A stretch of 64,000 bases of DNA from Vicugna vicugna (lineage: Eukaryota): contig MU058824.1 in assembly GCA_013265495.1 (NCBI GenBank), forward strand, positions 2,259,111-2,323,110, read 5' to 3'. Of the stretch, positions 13,030-26,637 are shown piece after piece (position 1 is the first letter of the stretch; every line of letters starts with the position of its first letter). The translations under genes were made by a program, and so were the position numbers. Under the pieces are notes generated by a model. It saw only the letters and a program-made list of their open reading frames with translations. It made no database searches and was not told where the DNA came from.

Positions 13030-13350
13030 TCGGTACTTACAGATCTATACTGAACAGATATGCACATGTATGTATTAAAAGACATTTATAAGAATGTTCA
13101 TAGCAGCACTATTTATAATAGGCACACATTGGTAGCAACCCAAGTGCCTTTCAGTAGGAGAATGGGTAAACTGTAATATTTTGTAAAATGGACTACTATG
13201 CCTTAGTGAAAATAGAATAAAGCATTGTTACAGTCAAAACCATGATGAATCTTAAAGACATAATGTAGAGTGAAAGAAGCTAGACACAAAAGAATACATA
13301 TTGTATAATTCCATGTATAAGAGTTTCAAATGGAAAAACAAATCAGAATG
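13030..13350 (+). mobile_element. Old L1 3' fragment, interrupted by a younger L1 and resuming at about 14285-14450
   Basis: agaatgttcatagcagcactatttataatag...agtgaaagaagctagacacaaaagaatacatattgtataattcca; later gttgactgggaggggcaag...ttcatcaagctgtaca. Confidence 0.7.
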
Positions 13351-13402
13351 ATACCTCTGAGGGGTATTTGTGTCTGTATGTTTGTGTGTGTATGTGTTTG
13401 GA

Positions 13403-14280
13403 TTTTTTTTATTGAAGTATAGTTGATTTACAATATTATATTAGTTTCATATATACAACATAGTGATTCAAAATTTTTATAGACTATACTCCACTTAAAG
13501 TTATTATGAGATATTGGCTATATTCCATATGCTGTACAATATTTCCTTGTAGCTTATTTATTTTATATGTAGTAGTTTGTATCTGTCATCCCCTACCCCT
13601 ACCTTGGCTGTCTTCTTTCCTCTTCCCAGTGGTAACTACTAGTTTGTTCTCTGTATTTGGTCTGTTTCTGTTTTATGCTCATCATTTGTTTTATTTTTCA
13701 AATTCCACATATTAGTGATAACATACAGTATTTTTCTTTCTGTGTCTGATTTATTTCACTAAGCATAATACCCTCCAGGTCTATTCATGTTGTTGCAAAT
13801 GGCAAAATTTTGTTATTTTTATGGCTGAGTAGTATTCCACTATATATATTTACATGATATATACATTTACACCAAATATGATTAATTTTGTTTGCATTGA
13901 ACCTAAAAGCAAGTCTCTGTGAGCTGATCATGAAAGAGCCAGGTAAATCAGGAATTTTAGAACAGCTCTTTAAGACAGAATAAAGCCAAATGAAAGAAAA
14001 TGCCTCAATTCTAGATATATAAACACAAAAGAGAAAATATCAAGAAACAAAAAAGTCATAGATATAGATATGTCTCTTTCTCTATATATCACATATTCTT
14101 TATCCATTCATCTGTTGATGGGCACTTATTTACTTCCATATCTTGACTATTATAAATGATGCTGCCATGAACATTGGGGTTCATGTACCTTTTCAAATTA
14201 GTGTTTTCATTTTTTGGGATATATACCCAGGAGTAGAGTTGCTGGATCCTTGTAGTTCTATTTTTAGTGTTTTGAGGAGC
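13403..14280 (-). mobile_element. L1 3' end (laurasiatherian/cetartiodactyl type)
   Basis: ttttttttattgaagtatagttgatttacaatatt...ttcatgttgttgcaaatggcaaaatt...atatacccaggagtagagttgctggatc. Confidence 0.85.
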
Positions 14281-15249
14281 TCTGGGTGTTGACTGGGAGG
14301 GGCAAGAAGTCTTCTTTGGTCTAGGTAATGTTCTCTATTTTGATTCACAGGGCATAGACATAGGTATATGTTTGTGAAAATTCATCAAGCTGTACATACT
14401 TAATATATATGTGCTTTACGGAGTATGTATTACACATCAGTTTTTTTTAATGTTAAGGAAAAAATTGTAAGTAGTGGAAATCTCAGAGTACTCCAAAGTA
14501 CTATCATCAAGCAAATCATATACACTGACCCAAATGCAAAGAAACTAGAATTCAGTTATTGAAAGATAGCTCCCCCTTGCAAAACCATATACCTGGAAAC
14601 AAAAACACACTTGTAAATAACTCTTATTAAAGAGAAATCCAAGTGGAATTTACACCATTTAGAACTGTATGATGGGAGTACCATTTCTTAGTTCCTGGTA
14701 CGTAGCAGATACTTAATAAATATCTGTTGAATGGTTAGATGTCAGATCTGTGAGATGTTGCCAGAGGGAAATTTATAGCTTTAACTATTAAAAGAGAAAT
14801 AGCTTCACTATTAAAAGAGAAAATTTAAAAAATAAGGAGTGGTATCACTAAATTTTCAAGCCAAGAGTCTAGAAAAGCAATGAAATAAATCCAGAGAAGT
14901 GTAAGGAAGAAACTGATATAGTTAAAATGAAAAATTATTGAAATAGAAATAGCAAAATCAAGGGAAAAAAACCCAGTACAGATGATCAACAAAAGGCTAG
15001 TTCTTTGAACAGCTGATAAAATAGCCTGGTCTTAGGAATAATTAAGGAGAAAAACAAGATACAAACAGCATCAAGAACAAAATAAAAGCAGGGGTTAAAA
15101 GAGGAATCTGACTGCAGACATGGAGATTTAAAGATGTATAAGAATAGTAAGTAGTGAGGTAACCATGGTAAATGGAAAGTAAGGACAGGCATGGACAATG
15201 AAGGGCAGACAGCTTCTTGGAGTTTCCTGTTTCACTAGGATTAGGCAGG

Positions 15250-15510
15250 ACAGGGGGTAGGAGGTTGAGTGAAACAGGTAAAGGAGATTAAGAGGAAATT
15301 TTCCAGTTATAAAATAGGTCATGAGGATGTAACGTGCAACATAGGGAATGTAGTCAATAATATTGTAATTACTTTGTGGGGTGCCAGATTATCACTAGAA
15401 TTATCGTTGCAATCAATTTGTAATGTATATAAACGTTCAACCACTATGTTGTATATCTGAAACTAATATTATGTGTATGTCAGAGATACCTCAATTATAA
15501 AAAAACAAAA
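15250..15510 (+). mobile_element. L1 (L1MA-type) 3' end
   Basis: ttccagttataaaataggtcatgaggatgtaacgtgcaacatagggaatgtagtcaataatattgta...cctcaattataaaaaaa. Confidence 0.7.
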
Positions 15511-16139
15511 TACAAGCTTTGGTTTGCGTTAGATGAAGTTCCCTTTATCCTCTCCACTCCAAAACAAAAACAAAATAGTGGCAGGATCAGGCAGAAAAAC
15601 AAGGCAAGCAAGGCATTGTGTCCTTGAAGGGCAGAAGCACAGATCCCACCCTGGTCATGCAGGACCCTGGAGACAGCTCGCCAGTCTGGACCGCCCATCC
15701 CTGCCCCAACTTCCCTTCCTTACTCATGTCTCCTCTTTGACCTCAGGAGGGCTGGCACTGTGTGAGATCCCTGGGCCCTCCTAGTTCTGGCTGTTTCACC
15801 TCTAGGATGCTTTGATTGTGCAGGGTCCCTCTCTCCAAGGGCCCCAAGGCATTTCCTTCTGGGGTGGTCGGGCTCAGCACACCTCCAGCCAGGCTCGCTC
15901 ACTGGGAGGTCGGGAGCTGCCCCACCCAGGGCCTGCTCCTTCCTCCTGAAAGCTGTTTGGGCCAGGGACCTGGGCCAGAGAAATCCAGGGCAGTGAGGAC
16001 GCTGGTTCCTGGGAGAGAGATCACAGTCACCTCATCTCTTACAGTGTCACTCTGCTACAGAACCCAGTTTACAGTCCCTACTCTACACCCTTCTCTACCC
16101 ATGCCTGCCCTGACTCTTCCTGACTGAGTCTTACCGATG

Positions 16140-17110
16140 ATACGTTGGAAAATGTTTAACAAAGGCTCTCCTAAAAAAAGATGTATCCATATATATTTGT
16201 ATATAAGTTTACTATACATTTCCCTGATATAAAGAATGTGTGGCATAGAATTTACAAATAATGATACAAAATACTCTTTATTATAAATTCCATACACCTT
16301 TAACTTCAGTGCTGCTATTCCTTATGAAATCCACTATTGGTTTTTATAATTCTATCACCAACAATAGTGTTACAAAATCAAACTACGAACAAATGCTTGG
16401 TTACCATAGGATTCAGCCAAGAAGTCACTCATGTCACAAAGTGAAATTCTTTGATGAATGTTGGCTGATATTTTCATTTACATTAATGAGTAAGACAAAA
16501 ATGAAAAAATGAAGACATATAATGGAACTTCATTCATTCATCAATGACAAGATAATTTTTTTTTCTGAATCAGATAATAGTTTTCAAGTACTAGAAGAAT
16601 TTTCTCATATTTTGGTGCTATTGATAATGTTTAAAAAACCATAGACATGACAGACTTTTAAATTTAATCTGCATTATTAACATTTTCTCCATCACTTTGT
16701 AAAAAGTCCAGAGCCTGAACTCTAGACAGTCAACAAAACATTAAACTAAGTCCTGATTTGTAGCATTTGCCCATTTCCATGGTGTAAACACTCCCACCAC
16801 TGCCAGGTTCAAGCTACTGATGTGATGTCACTGTCACCATGGAGCTGGGGAGAGAGGCATGGGAGCACACTGTTTACAGTATTCCCTCCGTACAGATACA
16901 ATAGATGCAAACAACCTCAAAGACACCGATCATAGTAAAATAAAGTAAAATAATTAGGAAGTGAGGAGTTTTGAGTATTACTCTTGTTTCAAATATTATT
17001 TATCAAATTGTGTATTTATATAATTTATTTTTAATAATAGCTATGTCTAAGCACTGACATGCAAGATTCCTGAAAATTCAGCAGTCAGCTCTCACGAGCT
17101 GGCACACACT
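16140..17110. mobile_element. hAT DNA transposon relic (MER63-like)
   Basis: caagctactgatgtgatgtcactg...cagatacaatagatgcaaacaacctcaa...taattaggaagtgaggagttttgagta...ttcctgaaaattcagcagtcagctctc. Confidence 0.55.
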
Positions 17111-19619
17111 AACACCTACATGTCATGTGTCTTCACTCTGCTTCAAGGTCCAAATGCCACTTCCCCGTTGATGTCTTCCCTGATTAATTCAGGTAGAGGC
17201 CAAATCTCTCTCCTATGTGCTCCATAAGGTTGGGCACCAGGTCTGATCTGCCTCTGTCCTCAGGGCTTCAACTCCTTTTGGCACTGAGTAAGCATGTGCC
17301 AAAGACATGTTGGACCAGCCCTCTCCACCCCAGCCCCAGATGTCTTCTATAACCTGACCCTTCTGGTGCATGGTCACCAGCTCCTCCACTCTGCCCCTTC
17401 AGGTATCTCTGCAGGCCACATGGAAACTGTAGGGACAGGTTCTCAATAGCAGGGCAGCCACTTGGCCTCAGTTTCCCTCTCTGTAAAGTGCTAAGGAAGG
17501 AGAGAGTAGAAAGAAGGGAAGCACAGTGATATTCCTTCCAGTCTCTTTTTCTTAGCATATAGTTGTGGGTTGCATTCCATCTGTACATGCTATTTGGTGT
17601 ATTGTGGTTTCTCATGGAATATCATAAGCAATTTTCTGTATTCCTGTATTGTTTTCAAATTTTCCACTATTAGTGAATACAGAATGTCACATTTTATTTA
17701 ATTAAAATTCACTTTACCTTTCTTTTGAGACATGTATTTAGTTTTTGGTTTTCTGGAACCAGTTTTACCTCATCATCACCAGCATTGAGTGTTTTCATTT
17801 CAGAAAATAACATGCTAATTTCAACATCATGGACTGTCTTATTGTTTAATGTGCTTTAAAAAAATTTCCAAGTGCTACTGGACATTTTTCTGTGAACTTT
17901 TCTCCTAGTTGTCCCTGCACTTTTAAATAGAGAGCACAGATCACAAAGCAACTTGATTCTTAGTGTCTTGAGTCATTACCAACACCAGGAGCTCTGGAAT
18001 GTGTAGACTTTCAATCCAGACTATGGTTCTGAGTGAATACAGCTGCCATTTATACTCTTTTGGACATTTCTCCTGTCAGGCTGTTAAATATTGCTTTTTG
18101 CTAGCGTCAGTAAGCCAGCTCTTGAGTCTTTGTTTGCTTCTGCTCTGAGAAACCAGACACAATAATGAAGCTTGTTAGAACTGCCTCGAAGAGAACACAC
18201 AGGGCATTGGAGCTGGCTTGCTTCATTGTGAAGAGGGTGCATGTCATGTGGTACAGCTGCCCAGAGGCCCTACAAGTTTATACCCTAACTCATGGCTGGC
18301 GTCTGGATGTCTGAGGATGTTGGATCAATGATCCCAAGAAAGCAGTGTGACTGCATTTGGTTTTGTAAAAATCATGCTGGTAGGACAAGTGGATAACACT
18401 ACCTTCACATTTGCATTGAGCTGACACTCTATGACGCCCTCCAGATACGTCACAGTACCCTTTTGTGGGAAGAGGGTACCACTTTATGAGCAGGGATGCT
18501 CAGATCTGACAAGATTATACAAGATCCCTCAGCTGGTGTGTGGTGGGGCCAGCCGTAGACCTGTGGCTCTGGACCATTGCTCCCCAGCTAGACGTAAGGT
18601 GTGCATGACTTGAGCACCAGTGTGTCTGTTCCTTCACATGTTCGCTCATGTTCAGAAAGCAGGATGTGGGGAAATTGCTCTTAAGTACAATAAAGGAGAA
18701 CCAAGCGGTGAGCTCACAAGGTCTTTTGTTTGGAATGGTACCTGTTTATCTAACTGACTCTCCCCAAATCACTAATAATGTCTTTGCAGCCAGGAGATGG
18801 GCCACCCTGAATCTGAGACATAGGCGTCTCTTTTTGGAGTTCATAATGTCATTATTCAATCTATCCTGGTGCCTTGTGGTTGGATAAATTCAAAAAGAGA
18901 GAGGTGACTAGGAGGAAGGAACTGTGAATGCCATCCTGTGGATTCCCATGAGGACCCTGGGATTTCTGAAGGCGGGGTGGTCTGTGAGATTCTATGGCAC
19001 ATGAAGGATTCTCTATAGGTGACCCTCCATTGAAAAGGCACTAGTACCAGTGTAGTGAGCACACAGCATAGAACAGCAACATAGGTTGCATGAGCTGTGG
19101 ACAGTCCAGAGGCACTTCACAAACAGAGCAAGGCTAGAATCTTGACTGCCACCTCTATGACCCTCCGCAAGTCACTCAACCTCTCTGCTTTGCCTGCATC
19201 CAGGAGACGTGGAAGTGCCTGGGAGATTGCCCACCCCACCCCCTTCTCTGGTAACTCTGGGTATAGAGGTGTAAATACTCCAGCTCCCTTGCCCCTGACC
19301 AGGACTGCTCTGGGGTGTAACTTTCAACAGAGTTCTCTTGGGAGATGAGGGTATCTTCTGAGTGATTTGCTTGATCACATACCTTTGCTGGGACCCATTT
19401 CCTCTCTGATTCTACTTCCCTATTTCCTTACCAGTTTGCTTGGGAGCTCCTCCTTGTAAATCAGTTGCACATGACCCCTCCTCGCAAGGTTGCTTCTGGG
19501 AAACCTGATTTAAGAGGCAGCCGTGGAGATGCTGCTGCCGCGGCTGTAAGATAGAACGTATACAGGCTCACAGAGACTCCTAGAGGGCTTCTCTGCTGCT
19601 TGCTTAAAAAAGGAATTGG

Positions 19620-19960
19620 CTGGGAGGTTGGAGGGAGGAGAAATTGGATGAAGGCAAGTCAAAAGGTACAAACTTTCAGTTATAAGGTGAATAAGTACTA
19701 GAGATATTATGTACAATACACTACTGTATTTTATATATTAAAGTCGTTAAGAGAGTAAATCCTAAGAGTTCTCATCTCAAGGAAAAAATATTTTAAAATT
19801 TACTTTCATTTTGTATCGAGATAAGATGTTGAATGTTCACTAAATTTATTGTAATAATCATTTCATGATGTAAGTCAAATCATTATGCTGCACACCATAA
19901 ACTTATAGAGTGCTGTATGTCAATTATATCTCAAAAAAACTAGAAGAAAAAATACCAAAA
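19620..19960 (+). mobile_element. 5'-truncated L1 (L1MA9-like) with probable target-site duplication
   Basis: aaaaggtacaaactttcagttataag...caattatatctcaaaaaaa plus an A-rich tail; flanked by aaaaaaggaattgg (19606-19619) and aaaaaaggaaactgg (19961-19975). Confidence 0.8.
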
Positions 19961-22900
19961 AAAAAAGGAAACTGGTAAAAATTTAACCTTTCAACAAAGT
20001 ATTAAGCAAACATTTTTTAAGCCCTTGAAAAATTTTTTTTCAAGATATTTTGTAGCACTTTTAAAAAGTTTTCATACACATGGTTTCATTTGAGCCTTGT
20101 TACATTGCTGATATAGAAAGAAATTATTATCTCCTTTTTCCAGTGAGGAAATTGAGGCCCAGATTGATAAAATGATTTGCCTAAAGTTACTCAGGTGTAT
20201 ATGACAGAACCAGGTCTAGGTACCCAAGTTTTCTATGACCAAGTTCAGTACCAGTGTATGGCACAGGACTTTGTTTTGATAGTGTAATTGATGATGATGA
20301 AGTGTTTCCAGTGATTTTTAATAGTGTTTGTTAACATACTTCTAAATCCTTTTGTAATGTTCTCAGAGCTGGCCCACTCCATTATTCTTAAGAATAGAAA
20401 AACCTTTCACGTAAATTTTCCCATTGTAAACATAATACCTTCTCATCACAGAAAATCTAGGATATATAGAAAAAAAGAGCAATAGGAAAAAATTTTTTCA
20501 TAATCCCAACAGTTTCTTCTAGTTTCCTAGCATTTTCTTCTAGTCCTTTCTTTTTAACTTGCATAGTTATTTCTTTGTATCTTAGATACTTAGAATAATT
20601 ATTCTTAGTTAATACCTATAATTTGACAATGCACAGTCATCTTTATTGATCTGTAAGTGCTACTTTCTCTTTTTCTAATCCCCCTGCTTTTCTTTCACAA
20701 GATAAACTTGGTATATCTTGTTGTGCTGGAAAGTAAGGCAGTGCTCAAAGGAAAGAATGAAGGGGGCAAATCACAAGGACAAGGGAATCAGCTTGAAGAG
20801 GCTCCCAGCAGCCAAATCTGGGATAACTTGAGCATCAAAATAATTAAGAAAATAAAGAATAATAAACCATTGAAAAATAGCAAACTATGAATCTATACTG
20901 ATAATAAATAGACCAATAATAAATGAGTGAATACCTAGGGAAGAGGAAGGGGTTCTTGCTTATAGTAAAAATGCCAACCAATAAACCTGAAGGGAGTGCT
21001 GGGGTTGGAAGACTATCGTTTTGCTACCATCATGGTAAAGTTTGGTTGGAATAAGTATCATCCTGCTGAAAAGAGCTTTTCAAGCTGAAATGAAAGGATG
21101 CTATGTAGGAACAAGAAAGCAAATGAAAGTGTAAGACACACTGGTAGTGCCCAGGAGACCTCTCTGTTGTTATCATTTCATTCTAGATCATCTAACTTGT
21201 TTTAAGTGAAAACGGATTCTTTTAAATTCTTCCTTTTGTTTGTTTGTTTCTGATGTCTCTAGATGCAAGAGAAGGGAAACAGTGTTGGGTGTTTCCAGTT
21301 GTTGTAGGGTAAGGTGGTCAAATCTCCTTTCTGCTCATTCCTGCTAATTCAAATACCAACCCCCCCCCCCGAGCCCCCCACCCCCAACACACAATGAAAA
21401 CAGCCTTGTTTCTTCAGAGCCTGTATTCTGTTGTTCTATTTTTAGCAATAGGTAAAAAGGAAGAAGACATTTCATTTTGGATGGTGGTAAACATTAATAA
21501 TATTTCTAATAAGAAATCTCTCAAGTTGTTTTCCAGTTTCATACAATTTGGAAAGAATAAAGTCCAAGTCAGGGAGACAAATATTTGAGAGTTATGTGTG
21601 GGTTTAAAGAATGTTTACCCAGTCCAGGGAAGCATCATTTGCCACTAAAAGGTTCCCCGTGTCCTGTCCCCATCGCCATGTCCCCCTGTAGAAGGTCAAG
21701 TGGCCTTATGCACAGGCTCATTCCTTGCATTCCTGATCCAGGAGCACACAGTGGGGGTGGGGGGTGGGGGAGTCACTGCTGTCAGGAGCAGCCAGTGGGG
21801 ACTAGGACCAGAAGCCCATAGTTGCAGAGGAAATTCAAATACCCTGTACCCTTCCTTCAATGGCCGAAAAGCAGAGGATTGCAGTTTGCATCCATTTTGG
21901 ACAGAATGTTAGAAAAAGAAACAGGTAAACCAAGGTCTAGACATCATTAAGACCAGTGACCTCAAATGGCATTTACATAGTATATTATGGTTTATCACCT
22001 ATGTCTCATCAGCCTGCTAAAGAGCAAAGAGGTATCTCTTGAAGGCTGAGTTCTAGCTCCAGCCCAGCTACTGACTTGCTGGGTAATCTTGGGCAGGTAA
22101 CGTGCCTTTCCTGGGTCCCAGTTTCCTCACCTGTAAAATAAGCGATGGAATAGGTAATGCCTAAGCAGGTCCCTGGTTATTCCTTTGTAACCCGCATGAC
22201 AACTCTGAGATAGGTGGGGAAAAGAGCATTATTCCCATTTCAAAGATTAATAAAACTGAGTCTTATCAAGTAGATGAGCCCTGGCCAAAGTTGCAGTGTA
22301 AGTGGGTTTGAATTCCCTAACCCCTGTGTTCTTTCACAGAAGACCCCATTGCACAGTTGCATTGGAATTTTGTACTCCAAAAGGCATTGCATGTAAAGGA
22401 ACAATGTGGACGAAGGCCCAGATTCCTGTCTTTGTAGCCCAGGCATATCTGCTTCCCCCTAATGCTCATTACTTTCTCTTTATGGGTTTAAAAAATTGGC
22501 TTATTAATGTTATGTAACTTGGTTTTCCATCAACACTGAAAGAAGAGCCCACAGACAGTCAGAAATAACCCTGGAATGTCAAAAATGCAGCCATTTCTCT
22601 TAGGCATGTCAGCAAAAGATGTGCTGGCTGATTCCAAGTGGTGAAGTGCTGAGCTGAGAAGTGCCCTCAATGGCCCCTTGAGCCGCAGGAACAGTAGTCA
22701 CAAGATGGGAACTCTCTGTGCAGCCACAGACCAGTCTCTGCTGTGAGCTTCACCCACATGTCATTCGTCCTCACTGCAGTCCTAGAGTTGGGAAACATCA
22801 TCATCCCCACTTTGCAGAGGGGAAAACCAAGACCCTCTGTGTTTGGGGAACTTGTCCAGAGAGTCTCTGTATATGTGTTGGAACTTGGATGGAATCTGAA

Positions 22901-23199
22901 CCAGGTCTGTCTGTCTGTCTGCAAGGAGAAGGTCTGTTTTCATTACCCCATGATCACATGCTACTTTCCAGGTTATTTGGGGGAAAATTTGCAAATCTGT
23001 GTCGCATACACAAAAGATTAAACAGTCATTTAATTTAACTTAATGACCATTTAATGGGAGGAAACCGGTGGCTGGTGGGCTTGGAAAAGAGAGAGATTTC
23101 CTTTTCAATATATATCCTTTACCCATTCAAAATGTTGACCCATGTGCTTGTATTACCAATTTAAATGAATTAATTAAATTTAACAAAAGGTGACCTCTT

Positions 23200-23635
23200 T
23201 GCTGCTGTAACAAATTATCACAGCCTTGGTGGCCTGAAACAAGAGACATTTTGTCTCTCACAATTCTGGAAGCCAGAAGTCTGTAATCAACGTGTTGCAG
23301 GGCTGCACTCCTTTCTGAGACTCTCAGGAGAATCCATTCCTTGCCTTTTCTGGTGGCCTCAGGCATTCCTTAGCTTGTGGCCACATCATTCCAATCTCTG
23401 TGGTCACATTGCGTCTTCCTCCTCTTCTGTGTGTTTATCTGATAAAGGTACGTGTGATTGCATGTGGGGCCATCTGAATAAGCCAGAATAAGTTCTTCCT
23501 CTCAAGATCCTTAATTTATTTACATCTTTTGCCACGTAAGGTAGTACTCAGTCTTTTGCCATACAAGGCAATATTCACAGGTAGCAGGGATTAGGATGTG
23601 GACACTTCTTTTGGGGGCCAGCTTTCAAATGACTG
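23200..23635 (-). mobile_element. MaLR (MLT1A/C-type) LTR
   Basis: gctgctgtaacaaattatcacag...tctggaagccagaagtc...gtaaggtag...gggattaggatgtggaca. Confidence 0.8.
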
Positions 23636-23889
23636 AACCTCGGAATTATCAGATGAATCTCCACCCCTTCTATCAGATGTTATTTTCTCCTGGTGTCTCC
23701 CTCTGGATAGGATGCTGGTATCTAAACCATCTAAGCAGTTGTTGATTTGAAGCTCATCTAGGGTGTTTCTGTGGCCTTCTTGGAGAGTTATATGCCCAAG
23801 CTTGGGAGTCAGCTTGGGTGGGTTCTAATCTCAACTCCCCCATTTGCCACCTGGGCAGAGGGTGGGGGGCACTTTGGGAAAACCAACAG

Positions 23890-24470
23890 GCTGATTTTGC
23901 CAGATTAATATTCCTAAAGAACAATTCTGATGACATGACATCTCTTCCTTCAGGCCTTCTATGGCTCCCCAGTACCCACCAAATGAGCTGCACACCCCTT
24001 ACCTTAGCATTCAAGGCCTCCTAATGACTCCCCTGTTCAGGCCCTGTGTCCCAGGCATGTTCATCTCATGAGAATATGGACTTGTCTTGCTCTTTCTTAC
24101 TTCCCTGCCTCTGCTAATGCTCTTTTCCTGCAGAGAATTCCTTTTTTCCTCATCTCTGCACGTTGAAATCCTTCTCATCCTTCAAGGCCCAATCAAATGC
24201 CACCTCCTCCATGACGTCTTTCCTTGTCCTTTTATCTGGATAGAACCTCTCCTTCTATTACTCCTTTGGCCCACAGCATCTCTTGCATCTCTTGCACTGT
24301 ATATACACCAGCAGGCGTAGCTTTGTGTCATAAGCCTATCCACTGACCTCATCTCCTCTAGTGAACAGTGGCTTCTTGTGGGTGGGAAATGTACATCTTA
24401 TGCACTGTCAGAGTCAGGAACAAGACTGACCATAGGATAAGTGTTCAATGATGTTGGTTAAGTTGAATTT
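23890..24470 (+). mobile_element. L2 LINE 3' fragment
   Basis: ccttagcattcaaggcct...tccttcaaggcccaatcaaatgccacctcctccatga...taagtgttcaatgatgttg. Confidence 0.65.
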
Positions 24471-26485
24471 ATGTAAAAATAATAGAAACTCTACTAGAAG
24501 AACCCTAAGTAGTTGTGTGTTCAAAATTTTTCATTTTACAGAAAAGAAAACTGAAACCCTGACTGGAAAGTTACATCTTCCAGCCCAGTCTTTCAGGAAA
24601 TCTTGAGGGATTAGAATGAAAAATGGAAACATTCCATTTAGGGCCCTACTGGCTTTTAGCTTGGGAAATTTTATTTATTTCTAATGATGGCAAATAGCAA
24701 AGGGCATGTGCTTCACGGTGAAGTTTATCTGTTTTAAAGAAACAAATACAAACAATTTAGTTCCTTTCTCACTATTCTCTGGCCATCACCAGCAGATTCC
24801 AACCCTAGTCTTGCACATGGCCTGGTTAGAATACTCTTTGAACTGCACTCTAAATTTTTTTAAACCTTTTTTCACTCAGATTTGAGCCTCAACTACCCTT
24901 CAGATTCAAAGGCTTCAAGCTGTTTTTGAGAGTCCCCCTTTCCCAGGGAAAACACAGACAGGCAAATGAAATCTACCTCACACGGCAAACCCTCCCAGCT
25001 GTGAAAAGCTCAGGGAGGTAGGCTAATCTTCACCATCATCTTTGTCATCTGGCAAAGCGTTAAAAGGGTGAAGCAGCGAGGCAGAGCAGAACACCTGTGG
25101 CCATTATGAAAACCAGAGCCACCTCCCCGCCCTCCGTGCTTTTTATTCTGAGTGCACAGCATCTGTCAGCCACCGAGGAAAACCCTGCAATGGAGGGCCC
25201 AGAACTGGGGCTCAGACGAGCTGACTGAAGAATCAGAACAGATTTTGTAATAAGCCCATTAATTCTGTTCAATTGAAGTATCTTCCAATTCCACACAGCC
25301 AAGGACAGCTGTACTTTGGTTTGACATTTTATCTGGCATTTTATGCCTGGCCGACAGCAGGGGTGCAGGCCTGCACCGAAAAGAAGGGCCAGAGATCTGG
25401 ACTCTACAGACCAAGGCAGGGATTCTGGTGCTGTCGCTCACTGGCTGAAAGGGGTCTTGGCCAAATCACTTAAGCCCCCTGAGTCTCAACTACCTCATCT
25501 GCAAAAGGTTCTTGCCATGAGCACATTAGAATGTGTATTTTATCAGGAGCTTAACCTATTAGGTAATGTGCAATTGTTCATATTAACACCAACTTGGGAG
25601 AAAGGGAAAAGCAAAACTCAGTGGTTGAAGGAAGGTCGTTTACATAAAGGAGAATTCACCTGTCCTTCCTAACTTTGGTTTCTTGACTTAAATCTGAGTG
25701 AGGGTAGGGATGTCTTAGTACCTAGGGTTGGAGGGGCTTCCAAGGGGACCCAAGTGGACTTAGCTATGGGGAAGGGATGCTGCTGGGGGCCCAGATGCCA
25801 CCTTACTCACACTTGGGGTCCTCATCTAAGACAGCCCTGTTTTCCCTGCATTCTGTGAGGAACATCTTAATTACTCCTGGGCCCCAAACAATTGAAACCA
25901 CCAATGTCTCTTAGAAGGCAGAATCTCATCTTAAATTGTTTTCTTTGTTTATACATTCGCCGACTATAAAAATAAATGCTGATGTTCTTGCTATAATGTT
26001 AAATCAATAAAGTAAGAGACAGCATTGCAAAGTGGGATCTCAACTATGTAAAAACTATATATGCATAGATGAAAATTTTAATCGTGGTTGTATTTGAGAG
26101 CATAGATAATGGACTTTTTCTGCTTTTCTATATTTTCTAAAAATTTAAAAGGGCTTATCAATTATTCTTATAATAAAGAAGATTCTATTCAGATATATTT
26201 CAATGCCCCAAAGGAAAAATCCATTTACATATTTTCATGAAAATTATATATACAACTTTAATAAAAATTAATGATAATATAATACTGAAAGTTTTGAAAA
26301 TAAGATTTTTGTGAATATTAATAGATACTAAGTCTGAGTCACTCAGTAAGAACAATACAGACAAAAGAATGTTACAACAAATTTCTTTCACAACAAAAAT
26401 ATCTTCATGATCAAAAATGCCTTCAGTTTCTGAAAATCATATACTTATAACAAGGAACATTTGATTCATTTAAAAGCACAACACA

Positions 26486-26637
26486 GGGGGAGAAGATAGC
26501 TCAGTAGTGGAGTGCCTGCCTAGCATGCACAAGGTCCTGGGTTCAATCCCCGGTACCTCCACTTAAAAAAAAAAGTAAATTAATAAATCTAGTTACCTCT
26601 TCCCCTAAAATATAAACAAACAGACAAATAAATAAAT
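26486..26637 (+). mobile_element. tRNA-derived SINE (camelid Vic-1-like) with TSD
   Basis: ggggg...atagctcagtagtggagtgcctgcctagcatgcacaaggtcctgggttcaatccccggtacctcc carries Pol III A and B boxes and an (AAAT)n tail. TSD aaaagcacaacaca (26472-26485) / aaaagcacagcaca (26638-26651). Confidence 0.9.

Noticed and set aside
26486..26560. tRNA gene (also 53890-53955 on the minus strand)
   Set aside because: The degenerate tRNA-like head, SINE body, A-rich tail and TSDs identify these as SINEs.
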